Below are positions 17,558-18,766 of a stretch of 18,766 nt of DNA, one piece after another (the first letter of the stretch is position 1; every line of letters starts with the position of its first letter). The DNA comes from Lingula anatina. Taxonomy: Eukaryota > Animalia > Brachiopoda. The stretch covers positions 14,263,268 through 14,282,033 of the forward strand of contig CM120644.1 of NCBI GenBank assembly GCA_051362555.1. Reading direction: 5' to 3'. The notes below the pieces were generated by a model. The model made no database searches. It was not told the DNA's origin and was given only the letters and a program-made list of their open reading frames with translations. Position numbers and translations under genes: made by a program.

Positions 17558-18010
17558 TAGTCACTATCCTGGATCTAATAACAAAATAATATAAACCTAT
17601 ATAAACCTGGCAGAAATTATGATAATAACCCGGATCTTTTCAGTGGGGGGAAATTGTGAATTTTACAGATACTTTCATTTTTTAAGTCTTAAATTGCTTA
17701 AAATTAGAACATTCCTTTTAAGTGGTAGAACGTACAAAATTAAAAGCAGGCTACTAAAGGAAAAGCACCACTTTAATGCAATATAGAAATATAATTTTGT
17801 GTTTATAAAATTTTTTATCTGAAAGTTTGATTAATTTTTCCCTTTGAAGTACCATAGAACATTGAAAATAAAAGGTGAAAAAATGGGGGGGGGCATATTT
17901 TGTAAGTATACCATCTATTTCTTTTTTTTTTTATATAAATATTAATTTATCCATTTCCCTGGCTGTTATTATTTGATTTGACCTTTTAAATTTTTTTTTT
18001 TACAGCTGAA

Positions 18011-18259
18011 ATGTGTGGAATTTGGGCAATTTTTGGCAGCGATGACGATGTGTCAAGGCAGTGCAGCAGCTGCCTGAAAATCGCTCATCGTGGTCCTGAT
18101 GCTTTCCGCATTGAAAATGTCAACCACTTCAAGAACTGCTGCCTCGCCTTTCATCGTCTGGCCATCGTGGACGACATTTATGGTATGCAGCCAATGAGGG
18201 TCCACGCTTTACCTCACTTATGGATGATCTATAATGGAGAGATTTATAACTGCAAACTG
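18011..18259 (+). CDS. ASNS: Asparagine synthetase (glutamine-hydrolysing), first coding exon (83 aa); gene continues beyond the window
   Basis: MCGIWAIFG...AHRGPDAFR...FHRLAIVD...GMQPM...YNGEIYN is the Ntn/class II glutamine amidotransferase N terminus of animal ASNS. Acceptor TTTTACAG at 18005 and donor GTGAG at 18260. Confidence 0.96.
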
Positions 18260-18293
18260 GTGAGCTTTTATGTTTCCTGTAATATCTCTGTTG

Positions 18294-18521
18294 TATAAGA
18301 GCGCATTCACAGAGATTTAGATCGATCCAACTAGATGGACCTACTAACTCCCTGGGGGTTCACACTAAATTGCTGTCAGCCGACCGCACACGGAAGATAA
18401 TTCCCCCCTTACAGCTTTTAGTAGGCGGGACGGACATTTAAGCCAGCTAAGCTGACAGTAATCTAGTGAGACTTCCCACAGGGATAGATCGATCTAAAAT
18501 CTGTGGGAATGGGGTCTTATA
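18294..18521. mobile_element. MITE-like imperfect palindrome in the ASNS intron
   Basis: TATAAGA..GCATTC...AGATTTAGATCGATC...CCCTG...CACTAAATTGCTGTCAGC pairs with GCTGACAGTAATCTAGTG...CAGGG.TAGATCGATCTAAAATCT...GAATG...TCTTATA. Confidence 0.7.
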
Positions 18522-18766
18522 TTCTGAGATGGCAGTGTAGCAATTTTTTCTCGCTTAGCTAAATCAATGCTTTTCTGTATCTTTTTCCGCCAAATTGTTA
18601 AAATTTTGACTAAAACAGTCAAATTAACTATTGCATTTAGTCAGTTTGTTGGTTTGGCTAAATTGGTGAGTGTTAGCACTACCCCAAATATGCCAATTAT
18701 AAGTCTATACTATTTCACTGTTGAAGTGTTCTTGTATTGTGACTGCATGTCCTTTGTGAGAACAAA

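Overview
Animal (probably invertebrate) genomic DNA dominated by one giant 15,836-bp Tc1/mariner-type DNA transposon (1722-17557). It is bounded by perfect 33-bp terminal inverted repeats and a TA target-site duplication. It carries two divergently transcribed spliced genes: an intact six-exon DD34E transposase (+, 12976-15128, 344 aa by my splicing) and a six-exon BEN-domain cargo gene (-, 10923-3495, about 606 aa; N-terminal beta-rich module, acidic tract, NLS, coiled coil, Pro/Thr minisatellite, C-terminal BEN domain). The element also has (i) a shared TATA...TCGCCAG core-promoter signature at four sites, (ii) two paralogous 51-nt hairpins that start at two of those predicted start sites and differ by compensatory changes, (iii) a shared repeated motif just downstream of both stop codons, and (iv) nested MITE-like palindromes. 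Outside the element are an unclassified repeat and a decayed L1/Tx1 ORF2 3' fragment (left) and the first coding exon of asparagine synthetase followed by an intronic MITE (right). All gene models were built by hand from splice signals and reading frames; no searches were run.
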